Positions 35,601-47,705 of a stretch of 64,000 nt of DNA are shown piece by piece (position 1 is the first letter of the stretch; every line of letters starts with the position of its first letter). The notes below the pieces were generated by a model. The model searched no databases. It had not been told where the DNA came from and was given only the letters and a program-made list of their open reading frames with translations. The DNA is taken from positions 1-64,000 of the forward strand of contig JAPMXV010000036.1 of NCBI GenBank assembly GCA_026936335.1, read 5' to 3'. The DNA is from Mantamonas sphyraenae STR306 (lineage: Eukaryota > Protista > CRuMs). A program made the translations under genes and the position numbers.

Positions 35601-36428
35601 AAGCTCCACGACCGCTATAGCCGCCTCTTCCGCTCCACAAAGACCAACGCACGCACCACGCGTGCACGCGCCGGCGCACAGGAGTGGGACAACTTCCTCC
35701 AGGTCTTCCAAAAGGGCGAGCAGTTCCGCGACTTTGACGAGGTCCAGGAGCTCTTCCTCACCCTTGAAAACATGCTCCTCAGCCGCTTTGTCATGATCCA
35801 CACCCTGCGCATCAACAGCATCATCAAGCGCGGCATTCTCTGGAGCGGCGTCGACTGGAGCCGCGTCCCAGAAAACTTTGATGTCGGCCCATACGTCCTG
35901 GAAATGCTCCTCGTGCTCGCTTCGGTCCACTTTGAGACTGTCGAGTACAGCGAGTGGCACCTCGTCACCATCATGGAGAAGCTGACGGAAAACGTGGCCA
36001 AATCCATGAAAAACTCCATGGAGGAGGTCGACTCCTGGAACGCGCACGGCCTCGCCAAGGCCAAGATGGAGGCCGAGTTTGTACAAACCACCCTTGCCGG
36101 CTACTCCACACGCACCGCCACAAAGGTATTCAAGCGCATCCATCTGCTCCTCGCTCGCCACGGCTCCATTGACGACCAAGACGCAGAGCTCAAGGACGCC
36201 CTCCTCAAGGAGCTCAACCGCACCACTGCCACCCAGATGGCCTGTTTTTCAACCAAAAGCAACGACTCGGAGGACACCACAACGCGCACACGCAAGCGCC
36301 GCTCCTCCTCCGCCTCTTCCCGCGGCAGCACCACCTCGGCCGCGCTCGCCGTCGCCTCCATCAACGCTGCCGCCCAAGCTGCAGCCGCCAATCCTCGCCT
36401 CGCCACCTCGCGCAGGCGGCGTGGCTGA
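32640..36428 (+). CDS. SEC5: Exocyst complex component Sec5/EXOC2 (~1149 aa); exons 32640-32768, 32886-32983, 33086-33162, 33283-36428
   Basis: Motifs DPLG, ENFDATKYLLEVH, LKHLVKSNFDQFIDCKDFID, LQRFSFLFNLP, YDRVVRDYKKA; three GT-AG introns. Confidence 0.93.
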
Positions 36429-36481
36429 TGATGTGATGCAGAGCAGACACATGCAATACAACAACTGTGCATTCGCTTCCT

Positions 36482-39372
36482 TCACCCACCGTACTTGGCT
36501 TGCAGCTCGTTGATCTCGCTGTCCTCCAGCTTGCGGAACAGTTGGTACGCAGGGCCCAAACCATGGCCCGCTTTGATGTCCAGCTGCATGGTATCGGTCA
36601 GAGGCAACTCGCCGTCGATCTGCAGCGACTCTTGCACCTCAGCCGCGGTGGCCGGCATGTACGGGGCCATCAGAGGCACCAGTGCCTTGACAATGCACGC
36701 ACACAGCCACATGGCCGTGCCTGCGGCCTCCACGTCGCCCTTCTGCTCGCTTTTGCGCAGCTCCCACGGTTTGCGGTTCTGCAGGTACGTGTTGCCTGCG
36801 TGCGCAATGGACATCACCTCGTGCACGGCCACCTTGATCTTCATGGCCTCCAGCAGCTCGATGTACTTGCCAATGTGTCCGTTGACCTCGTCCACCAGCG
36901 CCTGCTCCTGCTCACCCAGTTCGCCGTGTGCGGGCACCTTGCTGCCATACTGGCTGGCCATCAGCTTGAACACGCGGTTGATAAAGTTGCCCAGCTTGGC
37001 AATCAGCTCGTGGTTCGTCTTTTCCTTCATGTCTGCCCACGAAAAGTTGCTGTCCGACGACTCGGGCCGGTTGCTCAGCAGCACGTACCGCCACACAGAC
37101 GATGTGATGCCCGTCTCCGCCGCGTGGTTGCCAAACACGCCGATGTTGCGACTCTTGCTAAACTTGTCGCCCTCGTACATCAGGTACTCGGTCGTGGACA
37201 GCCGGTTCAGCAGCGTGTAGTTGTCGTCGGCGGCAATCAGCGACGACGGAAAGATCACCGTGTGGAACGGCACGTTGTCCTTGCCCATAAACATGCACAA
37301 CTCCACCTGCTCGGGGTTCTTCCACCACTTTTCCCACTCCTCCGTGTAGTTGGCCGTGATGCTGATGTATCCGATGGGTGCGTCGAACCACACGTAGAAC
37401 ACCTTGTTGACCCCCTCCTCAAAGTTCCCCTCGGGCACGGGTGTGCCCCACTTCAGGTCGCGCGTGATGCATCGCTTCTCCAGACCCATGTTCAGCCACG
37501 AGTTTGTGATCGACACCGCATTCTCCGTCCACGACGCCGTGCCATCCTCCTGCGGCGACGACGACTTGACCACAAAGTCGCGCAGCTTCGGCTCAATCAG
37601 AGGCAGGTTCAGAAACAGGTGCTCCGTGTCACGCGGCTCCGGCACGTGGTCCGTGTTGTCTTTGGCCCGCTTGCAGCGCGGGTTCAGCAGCTCCGTGGGA
37701 TTCAGCAGACGGCCACACTTGTCACACTGGTCACCGCGTGCGTCCTCGTATCCGCAATCCGAGTGCGGGCAAGTGCCTTCCACAAAGCGATCGGCAAGGA
37801 AAGAGTCGCACTTGCCGCAGTACAGCTGCGTCATCGACTCGCGCACAATGTACTCGCCGTTCCCATCCTTGTTGGCCTGGATCTTGTTGAAGATGTCCTG
37901 CGCCACCATGGTCTGTGCCTCGGTCGTCGTGCGTCCAAAGATGTCAAAGTCGATGTCGAACCACTCGTAGATTTCGGCGTGCTGTGCGCGAAACTCTGCG
38001 CACAGCTCCTCGGGCGTCACGCCACGCTCCAGCGCACGCGTCTCTGTCGCCGTGCCAAACTCGTCCGTGCCGCACACATACAACGTGTTGTAGCCGCGCA
38101 GACGGCAGAAGCGCGCGTACACGTCCGCACTCAGGACACAACCGATGATGTTGCCCAGATGAGGCACGTTGTTCACGTACGGCAGGGCACTGGTGATCAA
38201 CACGTTGCGTTTGTCCTCCACAGGCACTTTGGCGCCCGCCTGCTCTTTCTTCCACAACAGCTCCGGCTTGGGCGGGTTCGGGTGATACGTCGCCTGCCCG
38301 TACTTGCTCTTGCGCACAGCGCGCTTGGCGTACGAGTACGTTGTCAGAGAAACACCCGGACGCGATGCAAATGCCGTCGTGGACGATGCATACGCTTGCT
38401 TGCTGCCAAGCGCGGCCCCTTCCAAGCGCCAAGTTGCCGCAGACGCAACGCCCTGCCTCAGACGCTTGCTCTCTCCCTCGGTCACAGCCATGGCTGTGCC
38501 AGTACGACCCAGCCACGCCCACAGACTCGGGTACGTCTTTGCGGCGTTGGTACACAGCGACAGCGGGTATCGCACAGCGTGTGGCACAATCAGATCGGCA
38601 ACCGTCGAGTAGCCCAGCAGCGTCTTGCCACGCACCTTGCGGCACAAGATGTCCAGGTAGTTCAGTTCGATGTCTGTGCGCAGTTCCGACTTGCCCTGTG
38701 TCCCACACCGGCCGTTCCGTCCTCTGTGTCAGTCAGCTGCCCAAGCCCACGCATGTGTGCCCCACTCCGACATACCTCTTCCTGGTTTGCCGATCCCGAT
38801 GAGGACGACGAGGACGACGATCCGCTTCCCTTTGTGTCCAGGGGCGTGTCTGTGCCCGCCATGTGTGCATCGGCAATGCGCAGAAACGTCTCGCTCCATT
38901 CCAAAAAGTAGTCAATCCCAGCAGCCACCGGCTGCGGCCACAGTGCGCCCACCTGGTTGCCCATGTTCACCAGCAACCTGTGTGGATATGTGTGGCGGCC
39001 GCCGTGCATGTGTTAGCAACCCGCTCGCCCGTCCCTTTGCTCCCGCACGAGCCGATCGTCTCTGCATTTCGCCTGCCCAATTTCCAAGAAACCCTCCCCG
39101 CACTCACTTGCAGATGGCCGCCACTCCGCTCGTCACAGAGCCGTCGGCTGTCACCAGATACGGCAGTGTGATGCTGTTTGCGCCATCCTCAGCCGGTTCT
39201 GCGTGTGCATCAGCGTCAGTTTTTCACGTGCCACAGTGTCATTCCTCGGTTTCCTTCTTCAGCCCAGCCGCTCACCTTCCACAATCACGTCAATGCCACA
39301 CGCGTGTGCCACAGCTTCCACTTGGTGGACCTGCGGTGTTTCAAAGCCATACAGCACGGGGGATTCGTCCAT
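36482..39372 (-). CDS. MARS1: Cytosolic methionyl-tRNA synthetase with N-terminal GST-like domain (~867 aa); exons 39372-39276, 39198-39108, 38977-38776, 38695-36482
   Basis: ITSALPYVNNVPHLGN, CGTDEFGTATE, zinc knuckles, YVWFDAPIGY, FMGKDNVPFH, KFSKS. Upstream exons give GST-like LPYLVTADG...AAICKLL and IDYFLEWSET. Confidence 0.95.
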
Positions 39373-39436
39373 GGTTGGGTTTTTGGTGGTGGTTGCGCGT
39401 GCGCTGGTGCGCCCGCCACGCCACCTCCTCCTCCCC

Positions 39437-39814
39437 ATGGCCATCTTTGACCAGGTGCAGCCCTTTCGCCCACGCGAATACCTCCTCGACCTCTCGGTTC
39501 GCTGGCAGACCTGGCTCATCACCGTGGTCTCCCTCCTCTGGTACGCCGGTTCCGCCTACAACTGGACTTCCGACGTCATTCTCTACGCCTGCCTCTCCAC
39601 CTCTGCCGCACTCTCTGTCATCCTCCTCGTCAACCCGGCTCTCTTCCAGCGTGCCTCTTCCGCTCGCCAGTCCTTCACCCTCCTTGTCGCCGCGGCCATC
39701 TTTGTCACCGCCTTCCTCACCCTCCTCCGCCAGCATAACCGTGCCGCCTATGCCCACACGCGCACCCTCAACCAACGCATGTACGCCTCATCTGGCGCCC
39801 AACCTAGCAGGTGA
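39437..39814 (+). CDS. Small membrane protein (125 aa, ~3 TM), unknown function
   Basis: ATG 64 bp from the divergent MetRS start; three hydrophobic segments; CTC/GTC/GCC codon usage like neighbouring + strand genes. Confidence 0.65.
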   Translation: MAIFDQVQPFRPREYLLDLSVRWQTWLITVVSLLWYAGSAYNWTSDVILYACLSTSAALSVILLVNPALFQRASSARQSFTLLVAAAIFVTAFLTLLRQHNRAAYAHTRTLNQRMYASSGAQPSR

Positions 39815-40028
39815 CACCTGTGGCCCTCTCGCTTCCGAACAAACTCCCTTTCGAATCTCCATCCGCCACGACTCCCTCCATCCCCAACCACACACACACA
39901 CACACCACCAACCACACCTCGTCTCTCCACTGTCCTCCAAAATCAAAACCCCGCTCGCCTTGGTTGCTTTCGTCTTGCTCTCTGCTCTCTCAAACCCCAA
40001 CCCATTTCCATCGCCTTGTCCAGCCTCG

Positions 40029-43000
40029 ATGTCTGCCTCCGACGACACTGAGCTGCAGGACATCCATGTGGTCGCCACAGACGACGCAGAAGAGGAGTAC
40101 GAAAGCGACGACTCTGCTGACGACCGTGACCACTCCTCCAGTGAGCACGATCAACCCCAGGACGACGACGATGACGACGACGACGACGTCGAACTCAAAC
40201 CCAAGCGCAAGAGCCGCCCCGACCTCTCTGTCGACGTCGGTGCGTCCTCCTCGTCCTCTTCCTCTTCCTCTTCCTCCTCTTCGTCATCATCCAGCTCCGA
40301 GGACCCCGAACAGGACACACCAGCCAAGCCCTATCCCAGTACGTGGCCGTCCAGCCAACCGTTTTCCTCAAGCGGGAAATCTCGGATCCGGCCCTCGTTC
40401 CCTGCCCGCACACGCTCGTCTAGTCACACGCTCACCCTTTCCTTGTGCATAACACCCGTCCTTGATTGTGTACACCCTTGACCGCCCTCAGCTACCCCTG
40501 GCACTGCCTCCTTTTACAAAAAGGGCCACGCCAAGCACTTCAAGGACAGCAGCTACTCCCTCGACACGCCCGTCACTGCACGCTCCCTCCAGTCCTCCAT
40601 GGTCACAGGAGATCAGGAGTGGAAGATTGAGGACAACCATGTCGATGACGAAGGTCGGTTGTCCATCCACAGCCCACTCCCGTCCTTTTCCCGCTTGCCA
40701 AGGTGTTGTCCGTTTCGGCTCCTTCGCGCGCCAAACTCCATCCCCACCCCGTCTTCAGCCCCGCCGTCCCCCTTTCCTCTCTGACCCTCTTCAATCGCCA
40801 TCCACTTCCCTTCCCGACCCAAACATTGCCACAGTGGAGGCTATGGACGTTCAGATGGAGGTCGACGATCCGTTTGCCGACTTTGTCGAACCCCGCATGG
40901 GCGTCTTCCCGCCCGAGGTCGACCTGGAAAAGTACAACAAGAAGCGCTACGGCTATCCGTTCCGCCAATTCCGCCCTTCCATCTTTGACCGCACCGCGCC
41001 CCCCATGCGCCTGCCCAACGAGATCCCCATTGCCAACTTCCTCACAAACTTCAACGACATCCGCAACATTGCCGACCCGGAGTCCATCGAGGCTGTCGCC
41101 ATGAGCGGCCTCCAGCTGCCTGTCAAGATGCGTCGCCGTTTGCCCATCCTTCTCAACCAGTATCCCAACATCGAGGTCCTCATCATGCAGGACTGCGGCC
41201 TCGTCGACGTCGCAAACATCGACCTCCCCAAGCTCCGCGTCCTCGACCTCTCGGGCAACAACATCCAAAACATCAAGACCCTCACTCGTCTGTGCGACCA
41301 CAGCCCAGACCTCGAGATTGTCACCGTGCTTGGCAACCCCATCACAACCTCCTCCAAGCTCAAAAGCAAGCTTGTGTGTCAGCTCCGCTACCTCCGCGTC
41401 TTCAACGAGCAGGCCGTCACCGCCAAGGACCGAGCCCTTGCGCTCCAAACGTTTGGTGACCGTGCCCAGCGCAGCGAGGAGGCCGAACTCATCTGGGATT
41501 TTGCCTTTTGCTCCCTGCCACCCGTCCGCCGCATGCAGGTCTGGGACAACGAGGCCATCCGCCAGCTCTACTTGCCCAACATCGACCTCGACAGCTTCTC
41601 TGTCGGCACCTTTGTTAACCTCGAAGAGCTCGACGTCTCCTGCAACCGCATCCGCAGCCTCTCGGGTCATGGTCTCGAACGCTGCGATCGCCTGCAGTAC
41701 CTCAACGTGTCCAACAACCTGCTCAAAAAGGACGCCATGGACGTGTTGCCGCGCATCCCGTCCTTGACCCACGTATGGCTCGACGGCAACAAGCTCGGCG
41801 ACTACCGCTTCAAGGTCATCCACAAGACGCGCCTCCTGCCCGGCACAAACCACATGCCGGGCATCAACGAGATCGACGGCGTGCGCGTCTCCATCGAGGA
41901 AAAGCTGCGCGCCTTCAAAAAGTACGAGTCCGACGACTACGCCGCCATTGCCGAGCGCAGGTGGGAACTCAACATGATTGCCCACTTTGGCTCGGCCCAG
42001 CTCTTCACCCTCACGGGCTTTGCCGAGCAGGTTCGTCGCGCCTCCTTCTCTGCACGCAACCTCAACTATTGCGACATCTCGCGCTTTGTGTCCCTGCATG
42101 TCCTCGACCTCACAGGAAACGACCTGGACAACGTCATCGGCCTGGACGCCCTGCAGCAACTGCGGGTCCTCAAACTCGCGGGCAACCCGCTGCGTATCGA
42201 CACCATTGTCCAACAGCTGCGCGAACACACACGTCTCGAGACCGTCGCAGTCAGTCCCGTCGTGATGGGCAAGCAATTCCACAAACCAGGAAAGCAAATC
42301 CTACGCGCCATCACCGAGAATCGCCAAACCATCATGCAGAAGCTGTTTTTCACCAACCCGCGCCTGCGTGTCATCGACGACGAACTCATCACCATCTCGG
42401 AGATGGTCGATGCCTTTCGCGCACAGGTTGGCGGCGACGACACTGCCGTGGAAACCTACCGCTTCCACCTGGCCCTTTGCTTCCAGTGCACGCCCGTCTC
42501 CACACGCAAGTACCACTTTGACCTCGTGGCGCCGGGAGAGCAGTATGACCCCATGCAGATCACACGGCTCACCAAGATGGCCGATCTCCAGCTCGACTCA
42601 CGTGTCCTCGACTTTTCTCCCTTCCTCAATCTGCGCAAGCTCAATCTCAGCAACAACGGCAAGCGCCTGACATCGGTCATGCGCATCGGTCTGCAGAGTC
42701 TCATGAAGCTCAAGGAGCTCGATCTGCGCGACAACGGCATCGCGGACAAGATCGACGACCTGGCCAACCTCTTCAACGGCATGCCTGCCCTCACCACGCT
42801 TGCCCTCAAGGGCAACCCGACGTTTTCCAAGTACCAAAAGGCGCGCTCCAAGCTGCTTGGTCTGATGCCCAACCAGCACAGCGTGACCTGCAACCTGCAA
42901 GTCATCGACACGGAAATCCTCATCGAAGACCGCGTCGACTCGTGGAAAAAGACAGGCAATGTGAGCGAGGAACAGGCCGAGATGTTCCGCTGGGAGGCCA

Positions 43001-46000
43001 CGCTTCATCGTGTGCTGCCGCGCAACGAGGAGGGCGACCTGCTGCCTGACGACCAGGTGCTCGAACTCGACCTGGCCGACTGCCAAATTGCCATGGGCGA
43101 CATCACACGCTTCGAAAACCTCAAGAAGCTGGTGATGCGCAACAACAAACTGCGCCGCATCAACGCCGTGCGAGGCCTGGACATTGCCCAGGAACTCATC
43201 GCCCTGGACTTGAGCAACAACCTGCTGGAGCACATGAGCGACGTGGCCACCACCTTGGACAACCTTGGCAATCTGCGCTTCGTGGCCCTGGCTGGCAACC
43301 GCTTCTCCAAGAAACCACGCGAATACCGCGTGCCGCTACTCCGCCAGATGCCCGGCGTCCGCGAGCTCAACAGCCGCCTGATGGAGCTCGACGGCGAACC
43401 GGTGACCACCAACGAAGTGGTGTCTGCGTGGGAGCTTGACGGAGGGGGCAACTTTGACGTGCAGCAGTTCCGCTTCCAAAAGGGCATGCAGCAATTCATG
43501 CTGGACCAGCCCGAGGACAAGACCATGGCCATGCTGACCAAGCTGGCCCTGCCCAACCAGAAGCTCACTGTGATCTACTTGGGCGACATGCCGCAGCTGC
43601 GCCGTGTGGATCTGTCTGGCAACAGCCTCACGGCATCCAACCTGGCCGAGGCCGGCATGGACAAGCTGGTGCGCCTGCAAGCCCTGCAGCTGGACAACAA
43701 CCAGCTGACAGGCGTTGCGTTTCTCCAAAAGAGCATCAACGAGCACTGGCGCAAGCTGGAAGAGCTGTACTTGTCTGGTAATCCGTGCATGCGTGACCCT
43801 GCCACAGACGTCCTGCACCTCCTCGGCGGCATCAACCAGCTGCGCAGGCCCGGCGCACGCCTCAAGTATGTCAATGGCAACGCAGTGACCATCCACCAGC
43901 GCATTGCCGCACATCAGCGCAAGCTGAAGCAGCCCGAGCGCCTGCGCTTCACCCTCACTGCGGAGGAGCGCGGCTATCTCAAGAGTGGCACCCTCGACCA
44001 GCAGGAGCTGGACATGAGCGATGCCGAGCTGCGTGATATCTCCCTTCTGGTCAAGTTTACGCACCTGCGCAAGCTGACCCTGCGCAAGAACCGCCTCGAG
44101 CGCCTGCCGCCCTCCGTCCTCAAGCAATTGACCCTGCTCGAAGAGTTGGACGTCAGCGAGAATCCGCATTTGGGCGACTCGCTGCTGGACGACCTGTCCT
44201 ATCTGCCCAGCCTGCGTGTGCTGTCCCTGGGCATGGCTGGACGCACCGTGGAAAACGCGCAGGACTACGCAGCACGCGTCTGCAAGGCCCTGCCTGCGTT
44301 GCACAGCGTGGACGGCCTGGACAACCCGCGTCCGCTCACCCAAGACCAATGGACGGCCATCGATGCGCTGAACGAGCGCTGCGGCGGGCCAGTGGTCAAC
44401 CCCAACCGACTGAAACACATCGATCTGCGTGGCCAAGGCCTGCTGCCCATCGAGTTTGACCCTTGGCTGCTCAGTTGCCTGCGCCAGCTGCCCATCCACG
44501 AGCTCGACCTGCGTGAGAACAAGCTGGAGAGCGAGAGCGCCGCCAAGCGCACGCTGATCATCTATCTGGTCAGTTTCAAGACACGTGAACTGGTCAAAGT
44601 TGACGGCCAGGCTGTCGACGACAACGAATACGACAACGCGGCCAAGAAGTACGAGGGCGAAGGCGAGCAGCTGAACCAAAAGTACGACCCCAGCAAACTG
44701 CGCTCCAACAAGCTGACGGATCGCCGCCTGCTGGCCGCCGGCGCCAACGCAAGCCGCGTCAACAACGAGGTGGTGCCCCAAGCTGTGGCCCAGGCCACCG
44801 GACGTCTGCTGACCAAGTTTGAGATCTTTGTCAACTTCTTTCAGATCTTTGGGTTGCTGTTCCTGTTTGTGCCCGAGGTGCGCTGGCCCAGCCTGTGGAT
44901 CGATTGGGTGTTCTGGACCTTTTCCTTCACGCTGGACTTTGATCTCCTGCTGCCGTTCAACATCCCCACCGACTGGCAATACTTCAAGTTTGCCATGTTC
45001 TGCGCCTTCCCGCCCATCCTCATCTTCCTCTACCGTCTCAACATCAACGCTGACAACTGGGAGGCCGCGTACGACGACGAAAACTGGCCCAAGAGCAAGA
45101 AGCGCGCTTGGACCGTTTGGTTTGTGGGCATCATCCTCAGCGCAGCCGGCGGCTTCTTGATGGACCCGACAAACTATGCGACTGGGAGCCCGCCTGCGTA
45201 CAGCAACGTGGCCTTGAGCTGGGCGCTTGCATTTGGAGGCATTGTCACGTTGCTGGCGCTGTTGTGGCTGTGGAACGCGTCGGCATACCGTGAGAACTTG
45301 CACAACAACGTGGCCGTGTCCTACCTCACATCGTACAAGATTACCAAACGTCGCGTGGTGCTGTTCATCATCACTGTGTACTATATGCCCCTTATCAAGG
45401 TGATCCTGAACAATTTCGTGTGCAACGAGGCGACGGGCAAGCTGCAGCTGTACCCGGAGTTTGACTGCATTGCGCCCGACCTGAGCAACCTGCAGGTGAT
45501 CCACTACATCTCGTTTGCGGCGGCGGTGATCTACTCGCTCAGCATCCCCTACTTCTTCTTCAACCAGATTGGCAAGGCCGTGGTGTCGCTGAACAAGTCG
45601 CACCACTTTGACGAGCGGTACGTGGACCTGCGCGAGCGGCGCAAGGCAGCGGGTCTGACGGACGACGAGAAGCAGGCTCTGAAGGAGGAGGAGGAGCGAC
45701 TGGCCAACGAGTACGCAGACAAGGTGGCGCACGACAGCAGCGCCACGGCGTACATGTACATGCCGTACGAATATCCGTACCGCTACTACAAGGTGTTCCA
45801 GATGTTTGAAAAGGCGCTGCTGCTTGCGTTTTCGCTGTTCAGCTCGGGCATGCTGGCCGTGTACTTTGCCGAGGGCATTGTGGCGGTGTGGACGCTGACG
45901 GCGCTGTTCACTCGTCCCTTCTCCGACGGCCTGGAGGACGCCATGGACATGACATCGCGTGTGGTCAACCTTTTCAACATGACCATGGGCCTGTTTATTT

Positions 46001-46743
46001 CGCTGGAGGTGCTGCAAGGTGTGACTGTGATCCCTGTGGGCGTGCTGGTCAACCTTTTGTTCCTGGTCAATGGCATCAATGTGGCCGTGGCTGCGTTTGG
46101 CCTTGTGTCGCAGCCCATCCGCAGCTACTTTGCGCTGTCCAAGGCGGCGCGCATCAACCAGCGCATCAAGCGTGAATTGGAGCGTCAGGCGGCGCTTGTG
46201 CAGGAGAAAGAGGCGGCCAAATCGCTGGCGGCCGGCCAAGAGGGTGTGGTTGCAGATGTGCAACAGAGTGTCGCCGCAGCCAACGCAGTGACTTCTGCGG
46301 GAGCGGCTGGTCTTGCACGAAGCAGGCAGCTGGCAGGCGCTGTGGGAGTGTCGAGCCAGATGCTGACGAGCGCAAGCGCAAAGTCGCTGATGGACGACCT
46401 GGGACAAAAGAGCGCAGGAATGATGCAGAGCGCGTCGCAGAACCGCGTGCAGGTGGTGGGCACTGTGGCCACAGGCGGCTACGCCGTCGGGTCGACCATG
46501 GTGGAGAAGCACGCCCATGTGCATGCGCAGGAGGACAACGAGGATGTGCAGGTGATCGAGGTAGAAGCCAGCAGCGACGAAGACGATTCCTCAGAGTGGG
46601 AGACTGCCTCCTCGTCCGACGAAGACGACAATGGCCAACCAGTGGTGCTTTCGGGCGATTGGATGGACGAAGAGTACAGCACGGACGAGGAGGAGAGCGA
46701 GGAAGAAGAAGATGTGGAGGAAGTGGCTGTGGCTGTCGAGTAG
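40029..46743 (+). CDS. Large LRR protein (about eight SDS22-like LRR + LRRcap modules) with C-terminal multi-pass membrane domain (~2126 aa); exons 40029-40338, 40492-40653, 40835-46743
   Basis: Many LxxLxLxxNxI repeats; recurring cap motif LxxIDGxxVxxxE; ~9 hydrophobic segments starting at FEIFVNFFQIFGLL. Introns 40339-40491 and 40654-40834 restore frame. Confidence 0.88.
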
Positions 46744-46760
46744 GAATGCAAACCACCACT

Positions 46761-47686
46761 TCAATTTGAGATCACCTCTGCTTCACGATCACGACTGGGC
46801 AAACCAAAGGCATCCACACCACCTGCAGACTGCGCCTGGGCTGGTGCCGCGGTGGCCGTGACGGTGGTTGTGTTTGTGGTGCTGGTGTCATACAGACCAA
46901 GATCTGGAGTCTCGTTGCTGACCTCAGGGGCGTCATCGAGGAGGTAAGAAGCGCCTCCGCTGGCCTCCATCTCTTCGTACATGGCCAGCTGGTCGTCAAG
47001 GCCTTCGAGCTCGGCCTCCAGCTCTGCGTCGTCCATTTCCAGGTTATCCATGCCGTACTCGCGGCTCATGATCTCCTGCATCTCGTCACTCTGCACCATC
47101 AGGTCCTCCATGTCGTCGTAGAGGTCCTCCACGTCGCCGACGTCCACTTCTTTGTACATGTTTTGCAGGTCCGAGTTGGCCTGCTTCATCGCTTTCACCG
47201 TCACCACCGTGTCCTGCGCCTGCTCTGCGGCAAACTTCATCTGGTCAAACGTAAACGACTGGTTCATCAGTCCGTCTCGCTGATTCTCATAGCTGTGACG
47301 ACATACCATGATCCCTCCCTGTGTCAGCAGGCCGCACTCTCGCACCCGTGGGAAACGTCATTCCGTCGTCCCACCGCAGCGGGGCCCACAAAACGGTTGT
47401 GCAGATAACACACACGCCCCTCGTCCTCATGACAAGTCAATTGGATTTTGCAGGTACCAACATACTTTCGTTTGCGCTTCAACGCTTGCAGTGCCTTCTT
47501 CTTGACGTTGTTCTTCGCTGGGCCGTCCCGCATCTTTTTCATCTGGTCGTAATGTGCCTTGGCTTCCAATTCCTGCTGGCGGATCTTGCCGTTCAGGGAC
47601 TCGATGCGCATTTCGATGCGCTTTCCAGCATCGTCGAGCGTCGGTGCGGGTTCCTGCTTCTTCTTGGTACCAAACAACCGGTCCAT
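46761..47686 (-). CDS. CHMP5: ESCRT-III-associated CHMP5/Vps60 (~250 aa); exons 47686-47466, 47292-46761
   Basis: MDRLFGTKK...PAPTLDD, KKMRDGPAKNNVKKKALQALKRKR|YENQRDGLMNQSFTFDQ, DEMQEIMSREYG, C-terminal DAFGLP; intron 47293-47465. Confidence 0.95.
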
Positions 47687-47705
47687 TTGCGAGTTTGCGT
47701 TGGGT

